A DNA stretch of 64,000 nucleotides from Dendrobates tinctorius (Eukaryota), in assembly GCF_039654945.1 (NCBI RefSeq), contig NW_027361709.1, positions 2,790,001-2,854,000 of the forward strand, written 5' to 3'. Positions within the stretch are counted from its first letter, which is position 1; the number at the start of each line of letters is the position of its first letter. The notes under the pieces were generated by a model. It did not search any database and was not told the origin of the DNA. It saw nothing but the letters and a program-made list of their open reading frames with translations. The translations under genes were made by a program, and so were the position numbers. Shown piece by piece: positions 13,401-26,550 of the stretch.

Positions 13401-16400
13401 CCGTAATGGATGTCTCCCAGCACTTTTAGAATCTGAGGAATGACATGCAGACACGCTGGTTCTAAGCTTCCACCCAAGATATGTCCACAACTATAGTCCT
13501 GGTGTGGGTTGCCTGCTGCCTCTCTTAGGAGGGTATTACAGGGCAGTTTTAGCATGCCAGTTGTGGGGAGCGCTATAGTATTTTCTTCACTGGAAGGTCT
13601 GGACTATGTTTGCAGTGTGTGTGACCGGTGAGTCCCTACACCTAACTGAATATTGACTTGCAGGGAGAGGCTGGTAGAAGAATACGAGAAGACCGGTGAT
13701 CTGCTGGTAGACCTTGGATCGGATCAAACCTCCTGCCATAATCCATTCAGTGGCGGGTATTACCCAGTGCAGCTGTCATTTACTGAAGCCAATAAAATGC
13801 TCTGTAGTGACCCCCTGACCTTCCGCCAGCTGGTCCATGAAAGGTAAGTTGTGCAGAGGTGGTCCACCTGTCCAGGGGTTGATGTCTGGATCCTGGCTGT
13901 TTGTAACCGTAATGGCAGGTGTAGTGGTGGCTCTAAAGACCAGTAGCTATTTTCAGTGTGTGTTTAGTGACTGAGTCTTCATCAGATAATTCAATACATT
14001 AACTTAAATGCTATACATGAAGAGACCACATAATGTCTCAATGCATAGTGTAGACCCTTCCATAATTCATGGTTGGCCCAGGAACTTATCAACTTTCCAT
14101 AAAAGGTTACCGTATTACATCCAGGATGATCTGACCACATCAAAGTTGTAAAGTCATGCAGATTGTTGTATCCTAGAGTATAATGTGCTGCTCCTGAACG
14201 CTTTCTGCTTTTTCCAGCTTATGGCGTCAGGTCTCTGCAATCAATAAGCTATCTGATAAGGGCATGTTTTTCTGGGACTATGGAAATGCTTTCTTGCTAG
14301 AAGCGCAAAGAGCTGGTGAGTAAAACGCAAAACAATAAACTTTAATGCAGAAACGAGCCCTTGCAAGGGTTGTCTAAATATAGGGATTAGTGGTGGGGTC
14401 TCTCGTACGCCAACCTAGCTAAATTCTGGAGGACCCGACTCGTCCGGACACTGCACAGGCAGCGCTTTGCGTCAGTACACGTTGTGTAATCCTTTAGTTC
14501 TGCAGCTCCACACCAGGTAAAATCAGCACCTGCTGCCAGCCAGTATTGTACACAAATCGCAGCTGATTTCTGTGGGTCAAAGCGACGTGACTCTCTGCAA
14601 TCAGCTTATTTCTGAAGGACTTTAAAATATATATAAAAAAAAATTCCAATATGGAGAACCCATGAAGTCTTATAATTTGTCTCTCTTGTGCATTATGTGA
14701 GCCCTCCTATTCTTGAGCAGGTGCTGATGTTGAACAGAAAGGTGGGAGAGGCATGGAGTTCAGATACCCATCATACGTGCAGCATATTATGGGGTGAGCA
14801 CATTATACAATGTCTAATTGTACTACTTGTCCCCCTCCAAAAAAAATCTAAAGGGCAGTGTGAGGTATGCGTCTCCCCCATATCAGTGGACAGGCGGCTG
14901 CTCATCTTGTCTGCTCGCAATAAATAAGGAATCCCAAACATCTACTAATTAAGCTGTCTTGTGTTTATTACCAGAGACATATTCTCTCTGGGTTTCGGGC
15001 CGTTCCGTTGGGTGTGCACCTCCGCAGATCCGACTGACCTGGAAGTCACTGACCACATTGCAGCCACTGCCTTGGAGGATATCATTGCCCAAGGAGGTAA
15101 ACGGATCCATGGTGTGCAAGCATGAGCCATGGTGAAATGGATAAATGCTGTCACTTGTTACTGGAAATGTTCCCTCTTAAAACATGAGCAAGGAATCAAT
15201 GGGTAAATCGTAATCTCTGGAGAATTATTACTGAAATTGCATCACTGAATGCTGAGTATTATCTTAGGATCTGTACAAGATAAGTAATATGTGCAGTGAC
15301 TGCACCAGCAGAATAGTGATTGCAGCTCTGGGGTATAATACAGGGTATAACTCAGGATCAGTAATGTATGTGCACAGTGACTGCACCAGCAGAATAGTAA
15401 GTGCAGCTCTGGAGTATAATACAGGATGTAACTCAGGATCAGTAATGTATGTGCACAGTGACTGTACCAGCAGAATAGTAAGTGCAGCTCTGGAGTATAA
15501 TACAGGATGTAACTCAGGATCAGTAATGTATGTGCACAGTGACTGTACCAGCAGAATAGTGAGTGCAGCTCTGGGGTATAATACAGGATGTAACTCAGGA
15601 TCAGTAATGTATGTGCACAGTGACTGTACCAGCAGAATAGTAAGTGCAGCTCTGGAGTATAATACAGGATCAGTAATGTATGTGCACATGGTGACACCAC
15701 TACTTATCTGGATGTCTATTTGTTTAATACAACATGCAAGACAACGTGTTGTGCACATGTATCTGACTACACTGTATTTATCCTCTACATTCTAGACTAT
15801 AAATAGTGGTCATTAAAATAACAGAACATTCTGGGGGGTAATTGCACAATGTTTCCATACAAACTAATGTAGCTAAAAATGGATAGTCTTATATCTGAAT
15901 ACAACTAGGCACACAATTCCAATAATCCAATTGTATAAATTAACAAGAAATAGTGGCATTAAATGGGGAGATTTTTCTTTAATGTATCCTCATTTTGCCA
16001 CCATCTCTGTATAGTGCCATCATATTCTGCTGTACAGTACACGGGCTGGATTCCTCCCATCAGTCACTTATTAAACTGCTGTAATCTTTGTACTTTGGGA
16101 AATCCTAATACCTAATTGCCTGGCCCAGATGGGGTAATTCCTTACTCCATCTTTTTGATCTTTCACTCCTCAGTCGGTGATGCAGTCAGGAAGCAGTACA
16201 ACGATAACATACGGTGGATCAAAGACGCCAGGAAACACCAGCTGGTAATGTCACCTCCCCTCATCAGTTCAACCATATCTGCTTTAGAAGATTAATATTT
16301 TTTGGGGTGGTCTTTCTTCTCAAGGTTGTTGGTTCTCAGGCCAGAATCCTATACTCTGATCAGAAAGGGAGAATCTCCATTGCTGTCTCCATTAATAGAG

Positions 16401-18234
16401 CGGTGGCCAACGGACAAGTGAAGGTGCGATCATGGTCTGTTTCGCTGACACTAGACATATACTGTATATAATAGTCTAATTTGACACGTGACCTTCAGGC
16501 TCCAGTGGTAATCAGCCGAGATCATCATGATGTGAGTGGAACAGATAGTCCTTACAGAGAAACCTCCAACATCTATGACGGCTCTGCCTTCTGCGCAGGT
16601 GAGTGGAAATGTCACGGGATGTATAGGGTGAGACCAGACTAACCGGCAGAGGGCTGTTGGTAGGATGAGGGAAACTGCCCAGAGCGCCCGCTTCTTCTGG
16701 AAGACTGGTACACAAACTAAAATAAGCTTTATATACAGTAATTAGTATTTTTTAGACTCTTCTTTAAAGTCTTAGTATGTCAGCACTACTGCAAAATCAC
16801 AGTATTGTAATTTTTCTTGAATATAATACTGACATGCCTCACCTTTGCAAAAAAAAAAATCTCCATTTTACTTGTTGCCCAAGATCTAGTTTCCTTGAAA
16901 CTGGCCACAAGTCTGTGCTTTAAACTGACCAGCCATTTTGACACTTCAAATACTATTGTTTTTTTTTTTTTTGTTTTGTTTTGTGAAGTGTCTTTTAGAC
17001 CCTTTTGGGCACAGTCTGGAAGCTACTAAAACTTGTACACATCCTAACAACTGTTGATGGGAGCACTACTGCACAGATTGCACCACTGTTACATCTGATT
17101 CTTGACAACACTCCACCCGATACAGGAATCCTTGTGCCCACTTCTGTGACTGAGCCTTTAACTTCTCGGCACCCATTAAGAGGTGACCTGGAATGGGCCC
17201 ATAATGATCCATGACTGTCTGTATTTGCAGATATGGCTGTACAGAACTTTGTAGGAGATTCTTTTCGAGGGGCCACATGGGTAGCTATTCACAACGGAGG
17301 TGGTGTCGGCTGGTGAGTTAATGTTGCAGTAGGTTTGTGATATCTGGCTAACTGTCTATGGATAACTATAACTTTGTAGTTTGCCTTTTTCAGGAGGGGT
17401 ATTATAATCAGTGCAAAACTGCCATATTCCTCTACATCCTGACTCCCATTAATTTCTGCTGACACTGTATTAGGATGTATCTGGATACTGCTCTGCTAGA
17501 GTTGGCATCCACAAAAGCGGCTTGCAGAAAAGAACAATTAAAAAAAAAAAATTAACAGAAAAATGGCATTTACCAACACTAGGTCACAAAACTAAAGCAC
17601 TACAGGATGCAGAAGCCCCATGACAAAGGTAGAGGCAGCACAAGTGCAAAACACTTGACGCATCCACTAACACCGACTATTCATGGAAGTATTATAAATG
17701 CACATGGATAAGGCTTGTATAGGGCGCCAGTCACACAGATGTGCAGTGCACAGTGTCTGGCTTCCAGTCTATTGGTTACATCCATATAATTAAATTCGGA
17801 GGCTGCTCAGCACTGTGTGTGCACTCCAAGATCCTCCAGCCAACACTAGAGCGCCAGCTGTACCCTGCAAAAAGAGAAAATCTGCCACAAATATGTAAAA
17901 CCTGCATGGGGTATTGGACCTTTCTCCATAATTAGATGGTATAGGGTTAGAAAGACATCACTCCCTGCCACTTGTGCCGCTCACGCCCATTCACTTGAGT
18001 GGAGCTGAACTGCAGTACCAGAACATTGCCTAGAGGCAGGTGTTGCGGATTCTGGCGGAAGGCCGCCATGTCTTTCTAATCCTGGACAACCCCTTCAATA
18101 AGATCACTATTTCCACACGATCTGGACAGGAGGTGCTGTGGGAACGGGCTGAGTTTGGATTCTGACTCTGACCAAGGAATGTTTGCCGTTGCTAAACTGC
18201 ACATCAGATGGATTATCTGAGACTTAATTCTAAT

Positions 18235-18273
<39 letters not shown>

Positions 18274-18944
18274 GCTTCCTTGCAGGGGCGAGGTCATCAA
18301 CGGAGGCTTTGGTCTAGTTCTGGACGGATCTCCTGAGGCTGAGCGAAACGCAAAAACTATGCTGAGCTGGGACGTGTCCAATGGGGTCTGTATGATGCAG
18401 AACTTGCGTTTCCATATTTAGGAGAGTGCCATGCCCTGAAATACTTACTGCTATTAATCATTCTTCTTGACTATTCTTGGTTCTTACACAGACGTGGCAT
18501 TTTAGTAATGAGCATTTTCCACTAAAATGAATCTGTCCCTGGGAAATCGAAGCCCCTGAGTGCTCTTCTATTGCCCGGTTAGAGGCTTCTGGTTGCCAGT
18601 CAATATGGCAGACCATGCCTCTTAAGGGTTGTCACACAACTCTCCTGTCTAACAAACTTGCAGACTAACATGTTCCCTGTTATCAGCCATTTTTTTTTTT
18701 TTTTTTCTCTGTATTGTTATATGGGATGACTGATGGAATTTTTTTTTTTTTTTTTTTTGTGGGGGTTATGGCTTCTTTAACTTATTTTTGCTTTCTTCAG
18801 GTGACACGACGCTGTTGGTCCGGTAACAGAAATGCATATGACACAATAATCCGTGCTATGGAGGAAGATCGGAGCCTAAGAGTGACGCTGCCGTATGAGA
18901 TAAAGGACAGGAAAGTGCTGGATGTGGCTCCATCTGAGAAGTGA
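4428..18944 (+). CDS. uroc1: urocanate hydratase (urocanase), 20 coding exons, 677 aa
   Basis: Exons: 4428-4553, 6022-6152, 9493-9586, 10006-10065, 10525-10653, 10753-10814, 11282-11348, 11869-12012, 12145-12233, 12380-12442, 13664-13843, 14218-14315, 14721-14793, 14975-15096, 16174-16244, 16325-16423, 16499-16598, 17231-17312, 18286-18385, 18801-18944. They total 2034 nt in an open frame. Urocanase motifs: MIMNNLDPAVAQFPQELVTYGGNG, YGQMTAGSYCYIGPQGIVHGT, TSGLGGMSGAQ, DQTSCHNP, FWDYGNAF, GFGPFRWVC, SRDHHDVSGTDSPYRETS, HNGGGVGWG. All introns are GT-AG except intron 10 (GC-AG). Confidence 0.97.
6231..7002 (+). mobile_element. non-autonomous Helitron-like element in uroc1 intron 2
   Basis: It begins A|TC and ends with a subterminal hairpin (GTGCGAAAATTTGGCAC) then CTAG|T at 6999-7002. 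It has an internal ~160-bp direct repeat (~6290-6450 / ~6660-6815). Confidence 0.6.
7066..7336. mobile_element. short retroposed (Penelope-like) insertion with internal inverted repeat
   Basis: A 15-bp direct repeat TAAAATAGAAGTGTT lies at 7051-7065 and 7337-7351. Inverted repeat ~7067-7113 / ~7247-7291. A decayed hammerhead-like motif is on the minus strand at ~7140-7165. Confidence 0.6.
7782..8174. mobile_element. PIF/Harbinger-type MITE
   Basis: TIR GGCTACTTTCAGACTTCAG / CTGAAGTCTGAAAGTAGCC with TAA target duplication on both sides. Confidence 0.88.
11529..11792. mobile_element. truncated PIF/Harbinger-type MITE (family of 49095-49474, opposite orientation)
   Basis: TAA|GGCTACGTGCACACGCTG terminus and CCGCAG/CTGCGG-rich body; the second TIR is missing. 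Confidence 0.7.
15290..15688 (-). repeat. 81-bp tandem repeat (about 5 units) in uroc1 intron 14
   Basis: Unit ...GTGCAGCTCTGGAGTATAATACAGGATGTAACTCAGGATCAGTAATGTATGTGCACAGTGACT...; reverse complement of the array at 1539-1768. Confidence 0.92.
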
Positions 18945-19129
18945 GCAGCCATCAGGGAGAAGTGTAGAAAGTTACAGATTTCCTGACCGCCATCACTGTG
19001 ACATCAGTGTGCCTCATCCATCCGTACATCTCTTATGTCAAAGAATCCTTTTCCTGTAGACTTAATTTTTTTTTTTTTTTCCATATATTGATGGTAAACT
19101 GAAGTCTTCATCAAGCCCTTGACTCATTC

Positions 19130-19135
19130 AATAAA
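19130..19135 (+). terminator. uroc1 polyadenylation signal
   Basis: First AATAAA after the stop codon, ~185 nt downstream of it. Confidence 0.6.
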
Positions 19136-19839
19136 AACCTGTTACAAGGATTGTGACCTAAGGCTTTCATTAAATGGCAAAGTGGTCTATGGACCCCCAC
19201 AGCGCCAACTCCCAGGTGCAACTGTTGCCTGTGTACTTCCTATAGTTACTCTGCTGCATAGATTAAGGTCCACAGCAAAACTTATATAAACCTTCATCCA
19301 CGGGCAGCTGGTGCGGCATTAGTTTACATCACTGTAGTGTGGTCCGGAGTTTATTCTAAGTCTGGCTGTTGCAGTGAGAAGTCCGATCACTGAAGACACT
19401 GGCAATATTCTGCGTTCCCAAAGCTCTGGATATACAGAGTCTGTAGCTCTGCCCCTATGTAGGTGCTGCTGTGGTCTTGGGACAGGACAGTTCTGCCCCC
19501 TAGTGTATGAAAGTCAAACCTATGTATAGCCAACTTATAAGTTTAAAGAGGCCACATTAACTGTTACAAACCGGCCTTTAGGCGGGACGTGAACCCACAG
19601 TGCTGCCATCAGGTTAGGAGAATTTACAGAGCTTCGATCTTTTGCAGTAGAAAATTGACACTTCAATGTAGATGCAATAAAGTGACTTGTCATATTTCAC
19701 ATAGCTTTTCCACTGCATTTAATAGGGTTGATGTTTCAGCCAATCATATGGCCTTCATCAGAACAAAATACATAACAAATTTACAACAAAAATGCACGCA
19801 AATGTAATGGATAATAGGTGTGCAACATGTACTAGAAAA

Positions 19840-21366
19840 ACAGCGTTGGTTATATCAAAGGGCACCAGTCTAACTCCGATTCCATTATGTGTATCATGAT
19901 GATGATCTAATAATTGAATACATATAATATACATCAATTGCTATTTTGTAGTGGAGGTAAAAGGATAGCGGCTGACTTCACATTACAATGCCCAATAGAT
20001 GGCATATGACCTTGTGAGCAGCAACAAATCCAGATTTACCAAGAAGTTCCTCTCTGCATATTGTCAGAAATCCTAGCAGATGCAAGGGGATAATATGCCG
20101 TTGTAGCATATAATATCTGATAGACTATTAGCATAGCATTAACTCACCAGGGATACCTTGGTATTATGTTTGATGGCCCATATCAATGGGAATGGTGCTG
20201 GAAGTATGGCGCGGTTAGAATGTCGCTCTCAGCATCTAGTGATCTACCATATAGGTAACTGTGCGGCAATCCTTGTTAGTGACGCGTTTCCAGTTGGATA
20301 CTTGGCATCAATCTATATCTTATGAATGATACAAAACACTGTTAGGGCTGGCAGATCCGAAAACAAGTCAATAAAATATATAATACAAATATAGGAAAAT
20401 AAGTTTACACTTGACCAAAACCAAAGACCCTGACTTCTCATCTATTAAGGTGATGGGGCAAAATATATATATATAACTTTTAATCAAGAATTAGGATAAA
20501 ATTGACAAACATCACCCTTGTGAAAATCGCACCAACAACCACAAAAACGCAAAGACATACAGATAAAAATACTTGCAGGATCTTCCTGCCTTTAAATTGA
20601 GTATATGGCCTCTTTAACCATAACAGATCTGTGTTTTTTTTTTTTTTTTTTGTATGGTTAATAGATCACAACAATGCCTAGATGTGATAGGCTCTCACAG
20701 GAGCACAATGTTACTGTCACACTAGTAAAATTAAACCACCAAAATTATAACTACCAATATTAATGCCATAAAATCTCCAGAGGAAGTGCACTGTGCATAT
20801 CAATAGGTTTTATAGCCTCCACTGGGACAATTTAAGGCTTTTTAAAACCTTTGAGAGATCATCATAAACCACTTCCACATAAATGCTTAATGCATGCAAA
20901 GAATCAAACCTGGCTAGAAAACATGAGGCCATGTATAGTATTAAAACATGCACTTGGGGAGGGAGGCAATAAGCAAGAAAAAGCGGGGAGATCATTACAT
21001 TTGTCATAGGAACCATGCTGCCTCACTACATCAGTGAGCATTCCCAGTGACCCATTCAAGTAAGAATATTAACAATGCAGTTTTAAAATATACTATTGCG
21101 GCTTTTTACATTATCAGATCTCACCCAATGTCTCTCCAGCGTTCTTTACCGTGACACTAAGCCCATGCTGTATTGGTAACACGATATTGCCTGCCTATGA
21201 GATTGTGTCTTCCGATGCGTTTCGCTATAATATACTCATCAGGGGAGTTTTGGCAAAATGTCCGGCTGCCTTACCGCAGTCCCCCCGCTCCTGTGGTTGA
21301 AATAACAATTGCTGGGAGCCGCATCCTTCAAAGACACGCCCCCGGCATGTGACGCGCTGCCGGTGG
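19840..21366 (-). mobile_element. decayed Penelope-like element sequence (pLTR-type), boundaries approximate
   Basis: AT-rich, with two minus-strand hammerhead-like motifs (~20276-20312 and 21209-21247). No intact ORF. Confidence 0.45.
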
Positions 21367-21781
21367 GTGGACACAATTGATTTGCCTTTTGATTTTAAAC
21401 GCCTCCAGTTTCCACTTCGACTGGCATTTGCAATGTCCATTAACAATGCTCAGGGACAGTCCTTGAAAGTAGTAGGGATTGATTTGCAATCTCCATGCTT
21501 TTCTCATGGTCAACTTTACATGGCCTGTTCAAGAGTTGGAACTGCCAAAAATCTGTTCATCTTTGCACTGAAAGGAAAAGACAAAAATGTTTATCCAAAG
21601 GCTCTTGAATGAGTTGAAAGTAAAATACTATCAATACTTGGGTAATCGCTTAGTTAATTTGTGTTGCAAATCTGTAGTGTTGAATATATGATGTGAAATG
21701 TTTCTATGTGCAATATAATCATAATTTATCACTAACCACAGTTAGTTACTATGCCCAGGCAACGCTGGTCTCTTCAGCTGG
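21367..21781 (+). mobile_element. Helitron 3' fragment (Pif1-type helicase C-terminus), copy 1
   Basis: Translates as [28 protein letters not shown]...[15 protein letters not shown] (helicase motifs V/VI). Terminal CTAG has decayed to CTGG. Confidence 0.85.
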
Positions 21782-21803
21782 TTATATACAATTCTGTCAT
21801 TAA

Positions 21804-22738
21804 AGGGGTTGTCCGGGCTTTTCACAATCTCAGTACATATCTGGACTGCAGAATTATGACAATAAGTAATTTACGTTGTCAATAGTTTGGACGGTTTTCT
21901 AGATATTCTGAACAGAACGTCCAAGGGGGGGGGGGTGTTATGGCATTGAAATGAGAACTAGTCGTAACCTCATATTCTACTCCAAACATGCCCTCTATAG
22001 CAACAACCCCACCCTCCATAGCTACAGGCCCTCCCCGTCCACATGAAGAATCGTCCTGTATTCTGGGACAGGCTGCTCCCATCAGTATTTGTGTCATTAG
22101 AGACACAGTGCTCACACATACACTGCACCAAATCTGCTGCTGTGTGAAGACATCAGTGACACAGAGCTGTCTCATTCACACAGCAGAGTCTTTGTCACAC
22201 AACAGATTACATCAGTGACTGCCATCCCCTGTGCAGATTAGAAGCTGCAGACCCCCATCACTGGCCATCAAGTCTGTTCTCACTGCTGCCAGCAGCCTGG
22301 GACAGTGAGGGAAAGAAATACTGATAATGAGTTATGTATTGTAATCATGGAGTGGCCCAGAATACAGGACGATTTTCACTCCTCACTAGTTTCACTTTCC
22401 ATAGATCACTGTTCAGCGTGTGTCTTGGGGAGGAGCAGCTGCTCTGCAGTGAGGCTGATAGAGGGGGAGGATTTGTTACTGTGTGATGAGGGCTGCTTCA
22501 TGTGGACGGGGAGGGCCTGTAGATATGGAGGGTGGGGTTGTTGCTATAGAGGGCATGTTTGGAGTAGAGTAGGAGGTTATGACTAGTTCTCATTTCAATG
22601 TCATAACACCCCCCCTTGGACGTTCTGTTCAGAATATCTAGAAAACCGTCCAAACTATTGACAACGTAAATTACTTATTGTCATAATTCTGCAGCCCAGA
22701 TATGTACTGAGATTATGTGAAAAGCCCGGACAACCCCT
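21804..22738. mobile_element. Kolobok/T2-type MITE with ~245-bp TIRs
   Basis: TTAA|AGGGGTTGTCCGGGC ... GCCCGGACAACCCCT|TTAA. Arms ~21804-22048 / ~22495-22738. Absent from the paralogous site at ~30540. Confidence 0.88.
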
Positions 22739-23544
22739 TTAAATGGAGCAAACGCTACTTGGCATAGCAACTGTTATAAAGATGGTGCAGGAAGTACTTA
22801 TCCCTATGGTCTATGGCAGTGGTCCCCAACCTTTCTGATATTGACAGCAACCAAAGCCCCCATTACAGGTATAATGATAACCAAAGCTTTTCCACAGAAA
22901 TCACTCCAAAGCAGTACACTGAGATCCAGGGGTCCCCACAATCCCCCCATTCAGTATTCTTCCATCAAGGACTCCCAACACACTGTCACATCCAGCTTCA
23001 AGAACCTCCTCTAACAGGTAGCACCAGGCCCGGATTGGTAATATAACCAACCGGGCATTTTCCCGCTGGGTGGGCCGCTGTCATGTGGGCCGTGGGCTGC
23101 AGCGCCCGATCATCTGGCCGCTTGCCAGCTGATGCGGCCACTGGCCTGGCTGTTGCTCCTGCCACCGGCCCTCTGCGGGCACGTCGGTTATAGTTTCCAA
23201 CCCTCCAGCATTGCAGGGAGATAAGCTCCCCATCCTCGCCATAGCATGAGACCTCCCCCCCCCGCAGCCGCTCAGAGCGTCGCTTGCCTGCTCTCTTCTT
23301 TGTTCACAGGGCCAGCAATGAGGTCACAGGGGGGAGGAGTCAGGGGTCACATGATCAGGAGTCTGTCCAGACCCCTGATCATGTCACCCCCTGACTCCGC
23401 CCCTCCTGTGACCTCATCACAGGTCCTGTGCGCACATCCCTGCCTCTTGGTGTCTGCAGGACTCTGCTGTGCTGTTGTCATGGTGCTGGATGAGGTAAGT
23501 ATGTGTGGGGTCAGGAGGGGTTTACAGGGTAGATGTAGCAGAGC

Positions 23545-23770
23545 TGTGTGTGTACGAGGTGTACGGAGTGGAGCCGTGTGTGTACGAGGTGTACGGAGTG
23601 GAGCCGTGTGTGTACACGAGGTGTACGGAGTGGAGCCGTGTGTGTACACGAGGTGTACGGAGGGGAGCCGTGCGCGCACGAGGTGTACGGAGCAGAGCCG
23701 TGTGTGTACTTGGTGTACGGAGCGGAGCTGTGTGTGTACGGAGTGGGGCCATATGTGTACGGAGCGGAGC
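23545..23770. repeat. ~24-26-bp tandem repeat (GTGTGTACGAGGTGTACGGAGTGGAGCC-like)
   Basis: Repeated GTGTACGGAG motifs; source of the spurious overlapping ORFs at 23246-24030. Confidence 0.8.
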
Positions 23771-24099
23771 CAAGTATGTACGAAGCATACAAAGCGGGCT
23801 TTTCCCATGGACACAGGAGAACACGGCGGAGCCCCGAGGAGCATTTTAAAACACACACATGACGTTCTACCTGAAGTGATGTGCTGGAAGCTGACCGGAA
23901 ATGAGATAATTTCATGAGGAGATTGTGATGGAACCAGGAATGCTTCAGATCCATCACCGTGTCCTCCTCCGACAGCGCAGACAGCAGGATCGCCTTGGAA
24001 TTGGGGATGCCAGCCATGTGAGCGGATCATGATATGTCCTGCACCGGGAGGCTCAGGTGGGCACTACAATGGGAGCTGGACTGCTATAGTATCTTTAAA

Positions 24100-24525
24100 G
24101 AATCTTTCTTTATTTCTTTCTCTCTTTTTCTTTCTTTCTCTGTTTTTTCTTTCTCATTCTCTGTTCTGTCTTTCCCTCATTTTCTTTCTCTCTCTCTGTT
24201 CTTTATTTCTCTCTCTAATCTTTCTTTTTTCTTTCTTTCTCTCTCTCTCTGTTCTTTCTTTCCCCTCTTTCTTTTTCTTTTCTCTTTCTTTCTCTCTGTT
24301 CTTTCTTTCTCTCTGTTCTTTCTTTCTCTCTCTAATCTTTCTTTTTTCTTTCTTCCTCTCTGTTCTTTCTTTTCTTTACTTATTTCTTTCTCTCTCTGTT
24401 CTTTCTTTCCCCTCTTTATTTCTTTCTCTCTCTGTTCTTTCTTCTTTCTCTCTCTGTTCTTTCTTTCTCTCTCGCTTTCTTTCTGTCTTTTTTCTTTTTT
24501 CTCTCTCTCTGTTTTCTCTCTTCCT
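24100..24525. repeat. polypyrimidine (CT/TTTC) low-complexity tract
   Basis: About 420 bp of almost pure C/T. Confidence 0.9.
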
Positions 24526-25612
24526 TAGTGCCAGTCAGTGTGCCCATAATGCCAGCCACTGTGCCCTCAGTACCAGTCAGTGTGATCAGCAGTGCTAAAT
24601 GGGTGCGATTAGGCGTGGACATGGGTGTGAATAGTTGCAAAATGGGTGTGGCCAGGCGTGGCGTAAAATTTGCAGCGGCGTGCTGCAGTCTTTGTCCCTC
24701 TTTCCCTTCCTCAAAAGTTGGGAGGTATGATAGGGGCAGCTATGACCAGGGGGTCTGGTTGCCCAATGGATAGCAGTTCTGCCAGGAATTCTGTCACCGT
24801 GCATACAAAAGGGGACAGAGCTTTGGGAGGAGTTCTGCAACTAAAAGAAATAAATAGGACTGAGCTGAAATACTGGGCACAGCTGTGACTACATGTTATA
24901 TAGTCGTGTTAATCTCCTCTCACTTCTTGTAACCTATAAGTGTACAAAGATATTATATAGTCACCATGTGACTAGTGGGCCTGTGTAACTTCAAATGCCA
25001 GGGCTGAATTTTAGTCCCAGTCCGGCCCTGTCCGGTGTACCATAACTAAATCCTCTATCAACCCCTAAGACCAGTATATGTGCATCCACATCTGCTCTTC
25101 TGTGCAGGGCTGCTCACAAAATTCACCATTTTGAAATGTACTTTTCATACATGTTTGATAGACCTGGACCTAATGCACCAAGCTGGGAGACAGTCGGGAG
25201 CCACAATTCATGGGATCGTGAGTCACATGTGATTCCCGAGCTAACGGTTGGGGATCCCTGGTCTATGGTGAGCAAGACCTCCCACAAGGTCCTATTGCAC
25301 TTAACACCTCAGCCGCATGACCAGACCAAACACTACTGCCACGTGGTAAAATAACTGCAGAAAACATTACTGAATAATACCGCCATATCATAACCTGTGA
25401 GAACCACTGGGCAGGTAAACTCAAGACGGACCAGATGCAGGTGACTCAGGGGTGTGTGTGTTTTTTTTCTTTTTTTTCTTTGTATGTACACTCTGTCTGG
25501 GCCAGACCACGATCAAGGTTACTCCAGCTATGAGTTTGCTGTGCAAACTGATAAATCTTCATCAAGCCCTTGACTCATTCAATAAAAACCTGTTACAGGG
25601 ATTGTGATCTAA

Positions 25613-25904
25613 GGCTATGTGCACACACAGTTTTTTGGGTGTGCGGATTTTGTAGAGAAAACCGCAGGTAAATCCGCAGGACGAAGTCCTGCGGTTTATC
25701 TGCGGTTTTGCCTGCGGTTTTACACCTCATAATGGATGAGGTGTAAAACTGCAGCGTTTCTGCACTAAACAATTGACATGCTGCAGATAGTAAACCGCAG
25801 CAAAACCGCGCGGAAAAAACACAGCATGTGCACAGCTTTTTTTTTTGCATTGGAAATAAAGGTACTGTACAACGCAGCAGATTTCACTACGTGTGCACAT
25901 ACCC
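25613..25904. mobile_element. PIF/Harbinger-type MITE
   Basis: TAA|GGCTATGTGCACAC ... GTGTGCACATACCC|TAA. Empty site GACCTAAGGCTTTC at ~19155-19168. Confidence 0.9.
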
Positions 25905-26550
25905 TAAGGCTTTCATTAAATGGCAAAGTGGTCTATGGACCCCCATAGCGCCAACTCCCAGGTGCAACTATTACCTGTGTACTCCCTATAGTTACTTTGC
26001 GCAGAGATTAAGGTTCACAATAAACCTTCATCCACGGGCAGCTGGTGCGGTATTAGTTTACATCACTGTAGTGTGGTCCGGAGTTTATTCTAAGTCTGGC
26101 TGTTGCAGTGAGAAGTCCGATCACTGAAGACTCTGGCAATATTCTGCGTTCCCAAAGCTCTGGATTTACAGAGTCTGTAGCTCTGCCCCTATGTAGGTGC
26201 TGCTGTGGTCTTGGGACAGGACAGTTCTGCCCCCTAGTGTATGAAAGTCAAACCTATGTATAACCAACTTCTAAGTTTACAGAGGCCACATTAACTGTTA
26301 CAAACCGGCCCTTAGGCGGGACGTGAACCCACAGTGCTGCCATCAGGTTAGGAGAATTTACAGAGCTTGGATATTTTGCAGTAGAAAATTGACACTTCAA
26401 TGTAGATGTAAAAAAGTGAATTGTCATATTTCACATAGCTTTTCCACTGTATTTAATAGGGTTGATTCAGCCAATCATCTGGCCTTCATCAGAACAAAAT
26501 ACAAATTTACAACAAAAAAATGCAAGCAAATGTAATAAATGGATAAGTGT

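Larger units (their letters stand above)
22817..25260. mobile_element. non-autonomous hAT element with nested insertions
   Basis: TIR CAGTGGTCCCCAACC / GGTTGGGGATCCCTG. 8-bp TSD GTCTATGG (22809-22816, 25261-25268). Empty site at ~30608 and ~49508. Confidence 0.88.

Noticed and set aside
14222-14224. Trp in uroc1 (SLWRQ) where human has Arg, as I recall it
   Set aside because: A single substitution outside the recognised catalytic motifs; no basis for a functional claim.
15242-15795. Repetitive 150-170 aa ORFs on both strands
   Set aside because: They come from the 81-bp tandem repeat inside uroc1 intron 14.
21349-21612. Pif1-like helicase ORF as a host gene exon (three copies)
   Set aside because: It is followed by a Helitron 3' end, the INKSQG motif has decayed, and one copy has a stop; the copy number is explained by the duplications.
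23246-24598. Overlapping 160-227 aa ORFs and a Phe/Leu/Ser-rich membrane-like ORF
   Set aside because: They arise from the 25-bp array and the CT tract inside a non-autonomous transposon.
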